A stretch of DNA of 62,001 bases, filler included, from Choristocarpus tenellus KU-1152 (Eukaryota > Protista > Phaeophyceae), in NCBI GenBank assembly GCA_964200185.2. It is 11 parts of 11 records of this genome, joined end to end, with 100 filler letters (N's around TTAATTAATTAA, not from the genome) between each part and the next. Parts side by side here need not be neighbours in the genome. Positions count along the whole stretch, not along the records: positions 12,442 to 19,659 come from CAXNAD020006519.1; positions 19,760 to 26,359 come from CAXNAD020007784.1; 9 more parts are not named here. One strand, given 5' to 3'. The position numbers and the translations under genes were made by a program. The notes under the pieces were generated by a model that saw nothing but the letters and a program-made list of their open reading frames with translations, made no database searches and had not been told where the DNA came from. Below, piece after piece: positions 13,152-26,459 of the stretch (positions within the stretch are counted from its first letter, which is position 1; every line of letters starts with the position of its first letter).

Positions 13152-14499
13152 CTTGAAGAAGTTTGCACTATTTTTGCTGTTGGTATACAGCATAAAACAA
13201 TATTTCGAAAAATCCCTAGACCTCAAACACAACATAGTACTGACTACTCCAAAATATTAGCCAAACGTCTTATGTTGTAGGGAAACGGCATAGTCCAATC
13301 AGTAAGGCAAATCTACCCATACGGACAGCCTGAAGAAGTTGCACTCCCCAGGCTCCATTTTGTGCTAAAGTGGGGATAAAAGGCACAACGCATTTTGTGA
13401 CAAAAAATATACACCTGGAAAATGTTTCGCATAAATGCGTAAGCTAGGACTTGAGAGAGAGCAATTATGAGGATAGAAACTAGATCTTGAAAAATTGAAA
13501 TACATAGCTGCCAATAAATTTAACTTTTTGACTAATGTCTCTAACAGTACCTTCAAAATATAATTGTAAACCCTAGAGGACGAAGCTGCAACATCATATG
13601 ATAACCCCAACCAACTATGCATAAAAATGTGCTACATATTCATTCTATCAGTAGGTCTTCTTAGAGTTCTCTCTGAAAATATATATTCTTGGGCAAGCCA
13701 CTTGTTGTCAGCTCTTTGCAATGTCGACATCTGGAGTTCCCAAGCATGAGCGCTAAAATAAACTGCAATACAGAATATACAATGGCAGAGTATTTCGAGC
13801 CTTCACCATCTACAGACATGCGTAGAGTTTGTTATGGGGAAGAATAGATGCATGCATATATCTCACCCCAGATTGAGCAGAATATGATGTCCAGTAAAAT
13901 AGAGAAGAACAGGAAACAGAGGTACCTTGGGTCAGAGAAAGTACAGAGAAGGAGGAAGAAAGAATCGACTGTCTGAGCCACCTTCTCCGAATAAAATTGC
14001 CTCAAAGGTTTGGAGGCTGCCGTACAGAAAAGATAGATCATGGATTATGGAAGCACAGACAAGAGAACATGGAGTATTACAGCGTACACGGTGAATTCTG
14101 GTCGAATTCCATAGCAACACTTTCTCCCATGAACAAATCGTGAGCTTGGAGGGACACTGAACTTACGTTTGCATTGCCTGAATACCCCGAGTGAAGAGGC
14201 AGTACAAACTCCAGAAGCCCAGCACCACATTGTACGACGGGAAGGCCACCAAAGAACTGTTTAGGAAGTGGGTGAGGGTCCAGCTATTTTGGTGATGCGC
14301 CAACAATGTCAACAGCAGAATCACGATTCCATTTGAAATGCTGTAAGGTCTATCGTGTGTCGTTCGCGGGACCCACATACCTCGCTTGTGTCAAAAGGGA
14401 TAGCACGATCTGCACCCAAGCGATGCGTTCCACGATTTTGGGCGTCCAACGCAGAGCATCCGACCTCATTCGATCGAAGTTGCTTATCCCAACCGCCAT
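13152..14499 (-). CDS. Small multi-pass membrane protein, AGTRAP-like (exons 14499-14465, 14340-14167, 13925-13867, possibly 13176-13152; 3' end unresolved)
   Basis: Phase-consistent GT-AG splicing gives MAVGISNFDRMSISNGIVILLLTLL...SLVAFPSYNVVLGFWSLYCLFTRGIQAMQTYLCFLFFSILLDIIFCSIW. The pattern N..LG.W......A...L.....I.LDI resembles the AGTRAP family. Confidence 0.55.
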
Positions 14500-17400
14500 C
14501 CTTAGTATCTGGTTCCACTGTCCTGTAGGTCACAGACAAGGTGTAATGGCTACCGTACTTGGCGCAATTCGGCGTAGTTTATCCCCAATAACTCGCCGCT
14601 GTGCATTATCATGTGTGCCGTACATCTCGACTGAAACTTCTGAAACGACTAATATTCCTTTGAATACGATTGATACATGTTCACAACATTATAATACGAG
14701 TTCTACTATTAATGATGGTATTAAAATTAAAAACTATATGATGTCAAAAATGTACCAACAGAACATAGCTTTACCACATAGCACGAGCGACCTATATCCC
14801 ATAAGCCCACAACTCTTCTTTGTCCTAGCATACAATCGAAATGGGAATGGATGGTACACAACCAAGATTCCTGATGAGAACTAGACCAATCAACAGACCA
14901 GTTGACACCATTATTTACCCGGTCGGTCTTGTTCTACTGCATGTATGTGCTTGAACCAACTGCCCACTACACCAAGAAGGGCTAGTCTAGTTGATCGTTG
15001 TGGTCAATTGTGGGGTGTGGGGAATGTCAGGGATGCGTTATGCAAAGCATCATTGAGGAAGAACAACAGAACCTCTATCACCAATTGTTGCGAGATGCTT
15101 GGAACTACGTAGAAATATTTAAGCACCGCCACCACCACCAGGAAGAAAAAAATATTTGATGGAGTGTAGCACCAATGTCAATTGTCGCTCCCTTACATAC
15201 CACTGGAACACCACAATTACTTCATAGTGTATCGCTTCTCTTGCCTCCTTAGGACCCGATGAGAGGTTCAACATACAAAAGTCCGTCTTGAGAACAAAAC
15301 ACTTTTGTCTTGTGAAACCTGCGAAATGTGAATGATTGCCATGCTTTACGATCATTTACTACCACATCGCTGCAAATCCCTTGATTGCTGCCAAAATTCC
15401 TTTGCCGTGAATTGCAACATTTCAATCGACTCCAGTTTGATTGTTCAGAATATCAAGTATCTGAACTGAAAAAGTTTGGCTGTTCGGCAAACCATTTTTT
15501 ATCACAACACAACAACCAGAACAAGTGTGAATGCTGAATCTGTCAAGAGGTCACAGAACCATGCATTTTGTCTAAAGGTGTCACTACCCACATCTCCCTA
15601 CACATTTCACTGGTCATGGTTTCGGATCTGGGACTGTTGAGGCTTTTGAGGTTACCTGCGCGCATTTTGCGCGCTTCACCTCGCATGCTAACAGTTCAAT
15701 TGGATAAGTTGAAATACTTCCCAAACCGATTTAATTGTAGCCTCAAATTATTTCGGTTCACAACACAAAATGCCTTTTTTACCACAATTACTAGCGCAAT
15801 ATCAATAGCGTGTTCCACATAATATTAGTAGAACTAGAATAAGAGTAAAAACAAATCTCAGTAGATGCCAGGGGTTCCTGGCATGCAGTGTGTTCTCGTT
15901 GTAAAAGATTAGCTGCACCTGCATGATAGTAGTTCTACGTAACAGTACAATTGTATAAAGTCTTGTAGTATCTCTGGTGGTTATGACAAAAGAAATGTAT
16001 CAAGAATTATCCTATTATTGCTAAACTTTGCTTCACATTACTCCATCTTTGAAGCTCTCGATATTATTTACACAAATAGAGTCCTCTCCAAGGCTGCTCT
16101 GCAGTAAGCCAAGTGCCGTCATGCACGTTACACATCTCTACTGAATGACCTATCAGAATCTGCATAGGCAACAGTGAGCACTGTTATTCCCTATCTGACA
16201 CTACAGGCCACTATTCACATTCATACACCTCTGCATTCTTCATATTGTATCCTCAACCAGAGTCAAAGGAATAGTTACGAGTATATCATCTGCCCGCCAT
16301 CACTACCATTCAGGTATCTCAACAGTACAGCCACAACACATTTTTGTGATGGAACTACACCAAAAAATGCAAAAGAATTCATCCAAAGGTCCTCGGTCCC
16401 CACCCTCTCCCTCTCTGCCCTCTCATTCCAACATACTGACAATCCCTCCTCTTCATTCCTCATCCTCCCCAAGCATATTCATGCTGCCTCTTGGATATAT
16501 ATGTCATGTTACAGCGCCCACAGAGTGGCTTGTTGCAACAAGACACAGTGCTGCCCAAAAGCAACGGTTTGCTCCCGAGAGCCAAAGCAAACCAACAAAT
16601 ATTCACACTCTCAAAAGATGTATACTCTTCAGTCAAGAGAACCACCACACACTGCACTGGTTGCAAAGCTTGCAGTCCATTGAAGTTCCTGCATCTCTTC
16701 CACCTCCCCTAAACACACACCATTCACCCCACCAAGTAATTGCTATGACCACAGTAGTAGTGCCCCACAGCCTTCACTGCAGCCCCAATATTTTATCGTC
16801 ACTCACTTGCTGTAAGGCCTGATGTTGACTCATCTTCCTTTAAGAGGCACCAACAACAGACTGCACAGACTGAGCAAGAGTTGCCCGTGTGCATTAGGGT
16901 CAACTCTCTTAATGCATCAAATAGTGGTTTTGTCTGGTTTTGTCAACCGTGTGGCAAACGTGGGTGTGGAGAGGGGGCAATAACCCCTCCTTAGGACCTG
17001 ATTGAGAGAAACTCAGGCCATGAAGACTAGCCTCAGCAGCGGTAATGATCAGCTTATCTTGCATCCAAAGGCACACTGCACTGTAGTGTACACAAAACCC
17101 CAACAAGTATGCTGTCGTGACAAGGCACAGAAATCAACACAACATGAAATAAATCCACCTAAAAAAAATACATAAAAAAGACTGCAGTACCACTGCCAAT
17201 AGACCAACCACGAAGTATACACATGTACCCACACTGCCCGCTTGCCCTCTCTCCTCACCCCCACAGAGCATATCAACACAATATCACACAACATTCCAAT
17301 CACATCCATTCCAATCACATCCGTCTCAACACCCCCCTTCGTTCATGCTTCCCCACCTATTCTTCTCCCCGTGTCTCCATAGTACAGTCCCTCATATGCC

Positions 17401-18020
17401 ACAACCTTCACAGGAAGAACCCATACTGTAGCCCCTCAAGGTTCTGCATTGTCACATATCTCAGACTCCACATACATTTGTCTGCACTCCGTCTTACAAA
17501 AAGGTCACTGCAGAGGATAGGTGGGGGGATGATGCCCACGCCCCTAAGGGAACCTCCTCCCCATGAGACCCCCTCAGACAGTCAAAACCTTCTCACTCAA
17601 AACCTTCTCACTCAAGGTATATACATCTTGCAAGTATATTTTGAACGGTGTTTTTATCCCAAATAGACCTATCAAGTCACCACCTCACAAAAGGTATTAT
17701 CACATGGAACAACTGATGATTGTACGCATAACCACTTCCCCTCCCCCAAGTAGTGGTCAGACAAACTAAGACCGTTGCTAATAGGGAGTGACATATTCGT
17801 CTGCCATCAACTAAATCAAAGCCATCACATCCACACCAATCCCACACCAATCCTACCATCATCTTGACCGACTGCTCACCCCCCCTCACCTCCCTATTGC
17901 CTAGAGCACCACATCTTTCAGTGCCCTTGTTCCGGGAGGGGAAGGGTGGTGAATGGATCGTAACACTCTTCTTTGCCAGTTTGTTAGTCAGTCAGTGTCC
18001 ACCACTGCTGTTAGCTTTAC

Positions 18021-18775
18021 CCAGGTCGCCTTGAGCTTGGCCCACCCCCTCTTCACAACCTTTGCTCCCTTTGCCCCGAGATCAAAATCAGATTCTGAGA
18101 ATATGTCATTGTCACAACCAATCACCTTCCAATTGTGGAGGGAGGTGCAATAGCAGAATTGGAAGACAGCCAAGAAAAAAACAGGGGGAGGGGAAAGTGA
18201 GTTCATTGTAGGAAGGTAGTAAAGTAAAATGATGCTGCACCCTATGGAGACAAGTTTACCATGAGATTCAATGTGGACAAAGTAAGCGTAAAGGTGGAGG
18301 GAGGGCAATTCTAGTCTCCAAAAAAAGAGAAAAAAAACTAAAGTCCCCTTCAGCATCACGTAAAAATCCCAAATCCAACCAAACCACTGAAAAAAAAACA
18401 GACTTGTCTGGTATGTAGACTAAGCTCCACAACCTAAACACCCAAAACACACACTTGAGGGCTCACATACAACACACATCTATCAACAGAAAAATGCCCA
18501 CGTTCCCATACCGAATGCACAATCCACAATCCACAATAAAAATAAAACATAACAAGATCCTATCACACCTGGCAATAAACATTTCCTGCCACCATCTTCA
18601 CTGCACGCCAGACCTGGTGCCACTCATGCATACCCTGACCCGGGCAACTGAATGCAGCCCATACACAGGTTGTGTGTGGCTCAATTGGTGAGGCCCCCGT
18701 GGAGACAACAAGATTTCCATCTCGCTCTAGTGACACGTGGAATTCCTCATTCCCGCGCCATGACCATCCCCTCAC
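18021..18775 (-). CDS. Bulb-type (B/GNA) lectin domain-containing protein, internal exons 18775-18569 and 18125-18021
   Basis: FHVSLERDGNLVVSTG...CVWAAF matches the B-lectin L..DGNLV...VW repeat. Both exons are phase 0 with AG/GT borders. Confidence 0.5.
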
Positions 18776-18989
18776 CTTGGCATGGCGTTCAAGGTACACA
18801 AAAAGTAGTTAGTTAGTGGAGGGGAGGGGGAGAGGGCAGGGAAAAGATTATCACCCTGAACTAACCTTCAAAATAGGATGAATTGCACTGGCCAAAGACA
18901 CTTCAAAGTACCCACCATTGTGTTCAAATCAACACAATCTGGTTCAAAGACACTTCAAGATATTCAAAGTACAACACCGAGACAATACA

Positions 18990-19350
18990 CACAAGATATT
19001 TTTAAGATATTTGTAAGATATTTGTAAGTCACAAGATATTTACAAGATATTTGTAAGGAAGTCACAAGATATTTACAAGATATTTGTAAGGAAGTCACAA
19101 GATATTTGTAAGATATTTGTAAGGAAGTCACAAGATATTTGTAAGATATTTGTAAGGAAGTCACAAGATATTTACAAGATATTTGTAAGGAAGTCACAAG
19201 ATATTTGTAAGATATTTGTAAGGAAGTCACAAGATATTTACAAGATATTCGTAAGGAAGTCACAAGATATTTACAAGATATTTGTAAGGAAGTCACAAGA
19301 TATTTGTAAGGAAGTCACAAGATATTTACAAGTCACAAGATATTTGCAAG
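18990..19350. repeat. 33-bp minisatellite (ACAAGATATTT-ACAAGATATTT-GTAAGGAAGTC) built of 11-bp subunits, ~10 copies
   Basis: The tandem array is directly visible. The ORF 18964-19296 (LQISCKYLVTS repeats) is a by-product of it. Confidence 0.95.
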
Positions 19351-20805
19351 TCTGAGGTGGTCCCAAGAAGAGAAGATCATTCCAACGTGGTATGTGAGAT
19401 CTTCCTTCCCCTCTAAGATCCCCTCTAAGATCCCCTCTAAGATCTACTCGCTAATGTCCATACCTCTCACCAACAACCCCACAAAAGAACAAACATGGAA
19501 TTTTGGACATGTCAAGAGCACACAGATTCAGACAATGGGCAAGACAACACAGGTATGCAAAGCTGGCTGGGGGGGGGGGGGGTCAATACAAAGGCAAAAA
19601 AGAACATGGCAAGTGGATCACCTCATTGCTGCTCCAAAGGGGGTTGCCTGGGCTGGTGGNNNNNNNNNNNNNNNNNNNNNNNNNNNNNNNNNNNNNNNNN
19701 NNNTTAATTAATTAANNNNNNNNNNNNNNNNNNNNNNNNNNNNNNNNNNNNNNNNNNNNCACGATTAATTAGTCGCTTCGACGATTGATTTCTCAGCTCA
19801 CCACGATTAATCAGTTGGTTCGACGATTGATTCCAGCTAACCCTAACCCTAATTACTACAAGACCGATATTGTACCACATAAAGTCTGTGCCGTTTTTTT
19901 CGGGTGAACAAAATCGGGGTAGGTACTGTAGTACAAATATCATAATAATATTTTATTTTATTATTGGTTTGGACATTTTGGGGATATATCAGTGAAAAAG
20001 TCAACCAATGTCAGAACGAAGTTATAAAAGTAACAGTTTTCTAGTGTATATATATAGTATGTAGTAAATATTGATATTGATATTGATATTGGATTGGACA
20101 ACTATCACCATCTATAATTCTACACGTGATACTATTAAAGAACCATTCTATTGCAATTCACTCGTCTACATATATTTTTATATTGTACGGATAATTCTAT
20201 AGTAATAGACCAAACCATTGACGGTCTTGTTGTTGGAGATCAATTTTATTGGTCGAATCGTTTGGAAGGGTGTCAACTCTGAAGGGGTAGTTGATAGCCA
20301 GCATTGCCAGCACACTGGTGTGCTATACGCAAGGGGCGTGATGAATACCACTAGGGCCTCTTCTCTATCAGGGCATGAGGTATTGATTGGCAAAGCTCAA
20401 GCCAAAGTCTTATATTGATATTTGTCCTGTGTCCTCCTGTCTATGTGTTGACTTTCGTTGGTGGAGCAATAGTGGAAATACCTCTCGATCTCCTACTGGG
20501 GGGGAAAATGTGTGGTGTTCATTGTGTTTATCGCCAATGAAAGAGAGTGTAGCCTATATGAAGGTTGTCTCTGGTCACTGGTTTCCTGGTAAACACAGCT
20601 AGATAGCTTGCTTGAGTCATGCAGACGATGTGTCTGATAGCCCGATCGCACACCTTGGTTGGCAGGCATTCCTCGTTGACCCGTCGGGCGTTATTGGAGA
20701 CGCTTCGTTCCACTTGTACTGAAGTTTCTGGCTTCAATTATTTGTGGCCTCCTATTCATGAACCCAAAAGGCATGCTTTGTTTGACTGATTCACTTGTTG
20801 TACAG

Positions 20806-23800
20806 GTTTTATTCCATCTCAGGGCTGACGCTAGGACTGGGCTTAACGCCGAAGAGATTGAAGCGCGGCAGGGATTGGTCCCTCCCAATGAGCTTGAGCA
20901 TGAAGACGAGGTATACTCGAAAATGGATCCACTCCGTGGTATTATTTGGTTGTGCGATTTCACAGGAATTGCAACAATGTATGTATCGATACAGAGTGGG
21001 TTGAGATGAAACCTCATTCATTGACTCCTTGCTCACCAACTGACGTTGTGTACCCTTCTTTCCTCAAACGTGTCCTCTTTCCATCCTATACCTCAAGGAT
21101 CCCATGTACAAGAAATACATAGAGCAGTTTAAGGACCCCCTAATTTTGCTACTCCTGGCATCTGCTGCCTTAAGCCTTCTGATCAAGCAATACGACGATG
21201 CTGTCAGCATCTTCATGGCGGTGACCATCGTTGCCACGGTAATGGATAGCTTGAGAACAAGTCCGCTCAGCTATTATTGCTTTTTTTACGATTCGATGTA
21301 TAGCGCTAGTATGTACTCCGGAGGACCGTACTGCAGTGGTTTGTATGGGTGCGTTTGTGCTCCGGTCGCCATTTGTTCTCTTAACCCTTAGTTGCAACCA
21401 TACCCATGTAAACATGGCGGGGATAACGTGAAGAGAACACCATGCAGCAAACAGTTATTGGAATGAGGAACAGCACCCCTTGCACTAAGTTTTCTCGAAC
21501 CACATTTATTGTGTGACCCTGTTTTCACTTTGCTTACTCTTGTTCTCCCCAGGTTGCTTTCGTACAGGAGTATCGCTCTGAGCAGTCTCTGAAGGCTCTC
21601 ACCCAGCTCCTACCCCCCCATGCCCTATGTTTGAGGGATGGTCATGTGAGTGTGGGCTGATGGGGGGATGGTTTTGGTGGACTATTTCTCTGCTATTGTA
21701 TTTTATGTGGGTAATGTTGATGTGATTGGTTAATTCATTTTAAACGTTTGTTGTGACTAATTTCTGCTGCATGGTTTTGGACATTGCATGCAGGTGTTCC
21801 CAGAACAGACATCCTCACCTTTTTTTGTACATTTTGAATTATAATTTTTCTATGTTATTTTCAATGAATTTGAGATTCTTTTCTACCTTTGAAGATAAGA
21901 AGAACTGGAGTCTATATGATATTCCCAACTTTTACTGAAGAGGTGCTTGATTTTTTTGCAAACAGACCTTAACATACGTTTTCTTGACATTTCGATGTTG
22001 AGAGGCATCTTCCAACACATGAGAAGTGCAGAGTTATGGTAAAAACCTATCTGTAAATGGGATCAAACGTGTGACACTTGTACTAGTACAATGCATTCTC
22101 TCACTGCACACCTCTTTCATTGTCTTGCTGAAGTATGTTTTGATAACTATATTTACAGTCAGTTTTAGTAGTTGCAGATTAGACACAAAATACATCATAA
22201 TACCACCAGAGGTGGCTTATGTTTGTTTGTATGGGGCATTCCCCAGGAATAATCTAGTTCCGTACTGAAGGAGAAGGAGTCCCATGGTTTCTCCCTTTAG
22301 ATTATGCGGTTTAAGCAGAGCTGACTTGTTATTCTGCACACAATACAGTGAGCACTGGAGTTGCTAAGGGGACAGAGACAACCTCTTTTCTCCAGGTTAT
22401 GTCCTGGCTGAATGCCTTTCACCTGAGAGATTTAAGACTGTCACTGTCTTTGAGACTTGCCCCCGGGTTATCAAAGTGCAAAGATCCCTTACATCTCTTT
22501 ATTTTTACATCTCTGTGGTTCTGCCCTACTGATATGGCCATGGGGATGTGCTTTGAGGAAGTTGCAAACAGCAAGTGTCTAGTACCCAAATCCACTATAC
22601 TGTACATGTATGTGTGCCTATTAGAAGCACAGTGGGTGTGTAGAGGACATCATTCTGCAACATAACTTCGAAAAGTGATAATTTTTTCTTCTTTGCATAG
22701 GTTACTCTGACCTCTTTGTTGGTGCTGCTCACTCCTTCTATGTTTTGCTTTATTTTTGTATAGAGCAAGTTTTTTTTTTTTTTTTGTCAATGTGGTTGAG
22801 CTTTGATTCTTTGATTGACCTAGAAAAGTCAATTCCAATTCCCACAGGCTACTGACTTGCTGGCAAGGGACTTGATTCCAGGGGACATTGTTCTTCTGAA
22901 GAGCGGAGATAGGATACCAGCTGATTGTCGGATATTGGAATGTTCTGGTTTGTGTGTTGATGAGTCAAGGTGAGGCAATGATGAGTTGAGTTGAGTTGAG
23001 TTGAGTTGAGGTGAGATGAGATGATGGTTGCTGATGCAACAATATTGTGTGAGTTTGTGATGTTATTCAAAAACTAATGACAGACCATTGCCCAAGCAAG
23101 GCATAGATGATACTGATGCAACTCCCGATGTCTCTTTTTTTGTGATTTTTTTTGTTTCTGTGCCTCTGTAGGAGAGAGAGAGAGTGCATGAGCGCATCAA
23201 CATTGTGTTGTCATTTGCTATTTTTGTTTTTTATTTTTTGTTTTTTATTTTTTATTTTTGTACTAAAAATTCCTTTTGATGAACAAAAAATAATGGACTT
23301 CACAGGCACTATCTGGTTGTTTCAATAGCCATAGTAGAAATTACAGGAGTCTAGTAGCTTGAAATTTGTAAATAATGTTGTTGGCAAATGTAAAAAGTAA
23401 AATGTACAGAGTGCAAGTACCTTGAGAGTTGTTTGGGTCATGTACAGAGCTGTGCTAACTGCCTAGATTGGTTTGGAGTTGTTTGCTGGACCTGATAACA
23501 CCTCCTGAGTAGTGCATGTGTGTCTTGGAGTTCTTAACCTCAGTGTGGTGATTGACTAGAGTGGTTCAGTTGTAGTGACTCAGTTCAGTAACAATGCTAG
23601 TGATGGTGACCTTCATGATGGCATGCCCAGTCTGACAGGAGAAAGTGATCCTCACCACAAGAATGCTGCACTGCTGAATCGATCTAGAGGGCATGGGCTG
23701 CTGGATGACAGTGGGTTGGCTCAATGTGAAGGAAATGGGGGGGGGGGTGTTGGTAGCTCTGAGAAGCTGATTGATGGCAATGGCCCTCTTGCTGCAGATG

Positions 23801-26344
23801 ATGATGATGATGCAAGGAGTGGTGATAGCCCTCTTGCTGAGTGTAGCAACATGGTGTTCATGGGTACATTGGCTTGTGGTGGCCATGGGAAGGCGGTGGT
23901 CACATCAACAGGTGATGGACATGGACATGATGGACATGATGGACTTTTTTTGGCACTGACTAGATATAAATGTGTCCATTGATATGTTTACTATTGATCC
24001 GAATGGTATGTACTTTATTAATAAATTTTGATTAGTATCACATAACATTGTACAGAGTACAGTGTGGTACTTCTAGGAAAGTCTTGAATACTGAGACTGG
24101 AATAGGGTACGGGTGTACCTTCTATGAATCTGAAGGCTGCCGTATCATAGGGACTTGCACTTTTCACATTTGCATCTTGTATTGATGTGAAGCACTACTG
24201 AGCTGTCACTACTAAAGATGATGCTCTAGAAATCGTAGACACTGATTAGGTTGCTATAATATATATTGTGTTTATCATTAGTCTACCATTTCTATAGGTT
24301 TTAAAGTACGTGAACGACCAGTAGATATTAATTGATTAATTGGCTACTGTATAGGCAGAGAGTAGAAGGACCTGTGAATATATATTGAGAGACATGAAGG
24401 TATGTGTCCGTTATCTGTCCAAAGTTAGTGTATGTTTTTATCATCGCTACGTCTCTCACTCTTTCCATTTGTTTAATGACTGTGCATTTAGTTCTATCCC
24501 TTCAGATTAATCCTCTAGAGTGGGGACTGGTTAGTGGTCCACAAAGTTTTTTAATGTTGCAGTCTGTGTTTTTAAGTAGAGCCAGCACCATCTGTGTTGT
24601 TTGTTTATGGCGTATATGTATGTCTCAACCTTGGTGATGTGATGACAAGATGGATTAGAGATGAAACAGGTGGAATACAAGGGGTGCATCAAGTGGGAAC
24701 ACACGCACACACACCCTGCCATTTGCAGGGAGGAAGCTAAGAATATGGTATTAATAGAATATGGTATTAATAGAGCTTGTATTTTGCATGCTATAAAAAT
24801 TGTGGATTGTTGAGGATTGTCATTTATGTCTTCTTTCCTTTGCAGGATTGTTTTGTAAGACCTGTATCATGTTTTTGACCAATCACCTTCCTTCGGAGGT
24901 AGTTGTGGACACCTTGAAGAATATATTTCTCGTTGTCTATGTATCCCTACAAGGTTTGGTGATATTCTCCGTATATAAACTACGTACTATTTATTATTAT
25001 TTTATTTATAATAGTGTTGGTGCTGTTCTTGTCTGTGACATCCATTTCCAGGACATTATTGAGAGGTCAGTTGCTCTTTTAGGTCTGTCAATGGGGCAAT
25101 GTTCAGTGCCCCTTGCCCTACAATGGTTATTGTTGAGAAGAATGTCTGGTTCCATTATACCTTAATATGACATACCTCAATATGTATGTGATTACCTCAA
25201 TATGTATGTCTGTATGCTTGTATGTGTGTTTCAGACGTGGGTGATTTACTGTGTATTATTCTTTTTACTGCGTATTATTCTTGATGCATACATGAGGTAG
25301 TCTTTTTGAGGTCAGGGGAGCGATAGATGAGAATTGGTAGAAAGTAGAAACGATGCAAAGAGAAAAATGTATGTGTATGTATATATATTATGTATCTATG
25401 TATATATATTATGTATCTATGTCTATATATTATGTATCTATGTCTATGTATGTCGGTTGTACTCACCACGATGTCCTTTGTTGCACAAATGCTCTTGACC
25501 ATTTGCTCTTTAACTTTGTTATCCTGGAGAACACTTGGGGCACATTGGTTTGCAAAGTGTATGTCCATTAAAACAGTAATATCTGATCACTATGTAAATA
25601 CATAGTTCCTGGTGGAGCACTTCCTTCCCTACAATTGGGAATTTTTTGTCTGTTTGACTCAAGTAAAAGATAGAACCTAAGTGTGCTTTTGTACAGTGAA
25701 GACTGTACATTACATAGATCATACTATAATACTGTAGACACTTTGAATGGAAATGTGGGAAGGCTCTTTCAACAGGCACAAATAATGCAATTTCATCCAG
25801 TAAATTACTTGGCAGAACCCCTTGCCATCTTGCTAGGTGGGTGGGTATGGTGGCTTCTAATGATCCTACTATGCTGTGATGGTTGTAACATGTAGTACAT
25901 TCATTCTTAATACAGTGCTGATTATTATTATTATTATTATTATTGTACAAACATTAGTGTTTATGACTTGATGGTTTGATGAGTTTGATGAATAGAATAA
26001 ATAATAGAATAATAAAATAATAAACAGCTAGTTCCACCTCAACAAGATTACATACAGTAGATCTTTGCCACAGTAGGTATCTTTTCTCTAATTGGTAAGG
26101 TAGGTAACTGTTTAGTTACATTGGTCTTGCCTTTATGTCTACGTAGAGGTCTATAGAGGTCTAGTGAACAGTACAACCTATACTTGCAGGAATGAAGACA
26201 GAGTTTGGCAAGACCTTTGAGGAGATGAGGGATGTGGATAGCCGGCGTACACCTCTGCAGATGAAGATGGATGACCTGGGGAAGCAGCTCAGCCTCGTGA
26301 GCTTTGTGGTGATTGGTGTAATAGCTGCAGTTGGGGTACTTCAG
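20806..26344 (+). CDS. ATP2C1: P-type IIA Ca2+/Mn2+ ATPase, SPCA/PMR1 type, N-terminal half (exons 20806-20910, 21098-21238, 21553-21645, 22848-22969, 23631-23911, 26190-26344; truncated by contig end)
   Basis: All six exons splice in phase. Motifs: [93 protein letters not shown]......[13 protein letters not shown]. These are diagnostic for SPCA/PMR1. Confidence 0.95.
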
Positions 26345-26459
26345 GTGCCTTGCTCTCCCNNNNNNNNNNNNNNNNNNNNNNNNNNNNNNNNNNNNNNNNN
26401 NNNTTAATTAATTAANNNNNNNNNNNNNNNNNNNNNNNNNNNNNNNNNNNNNNNNNNNN

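Noticed and set aside
18964-19296. ORF of LQISCKYLVTS repeats
   Set aside because: It is the translation of the 33-bp minisatellite.
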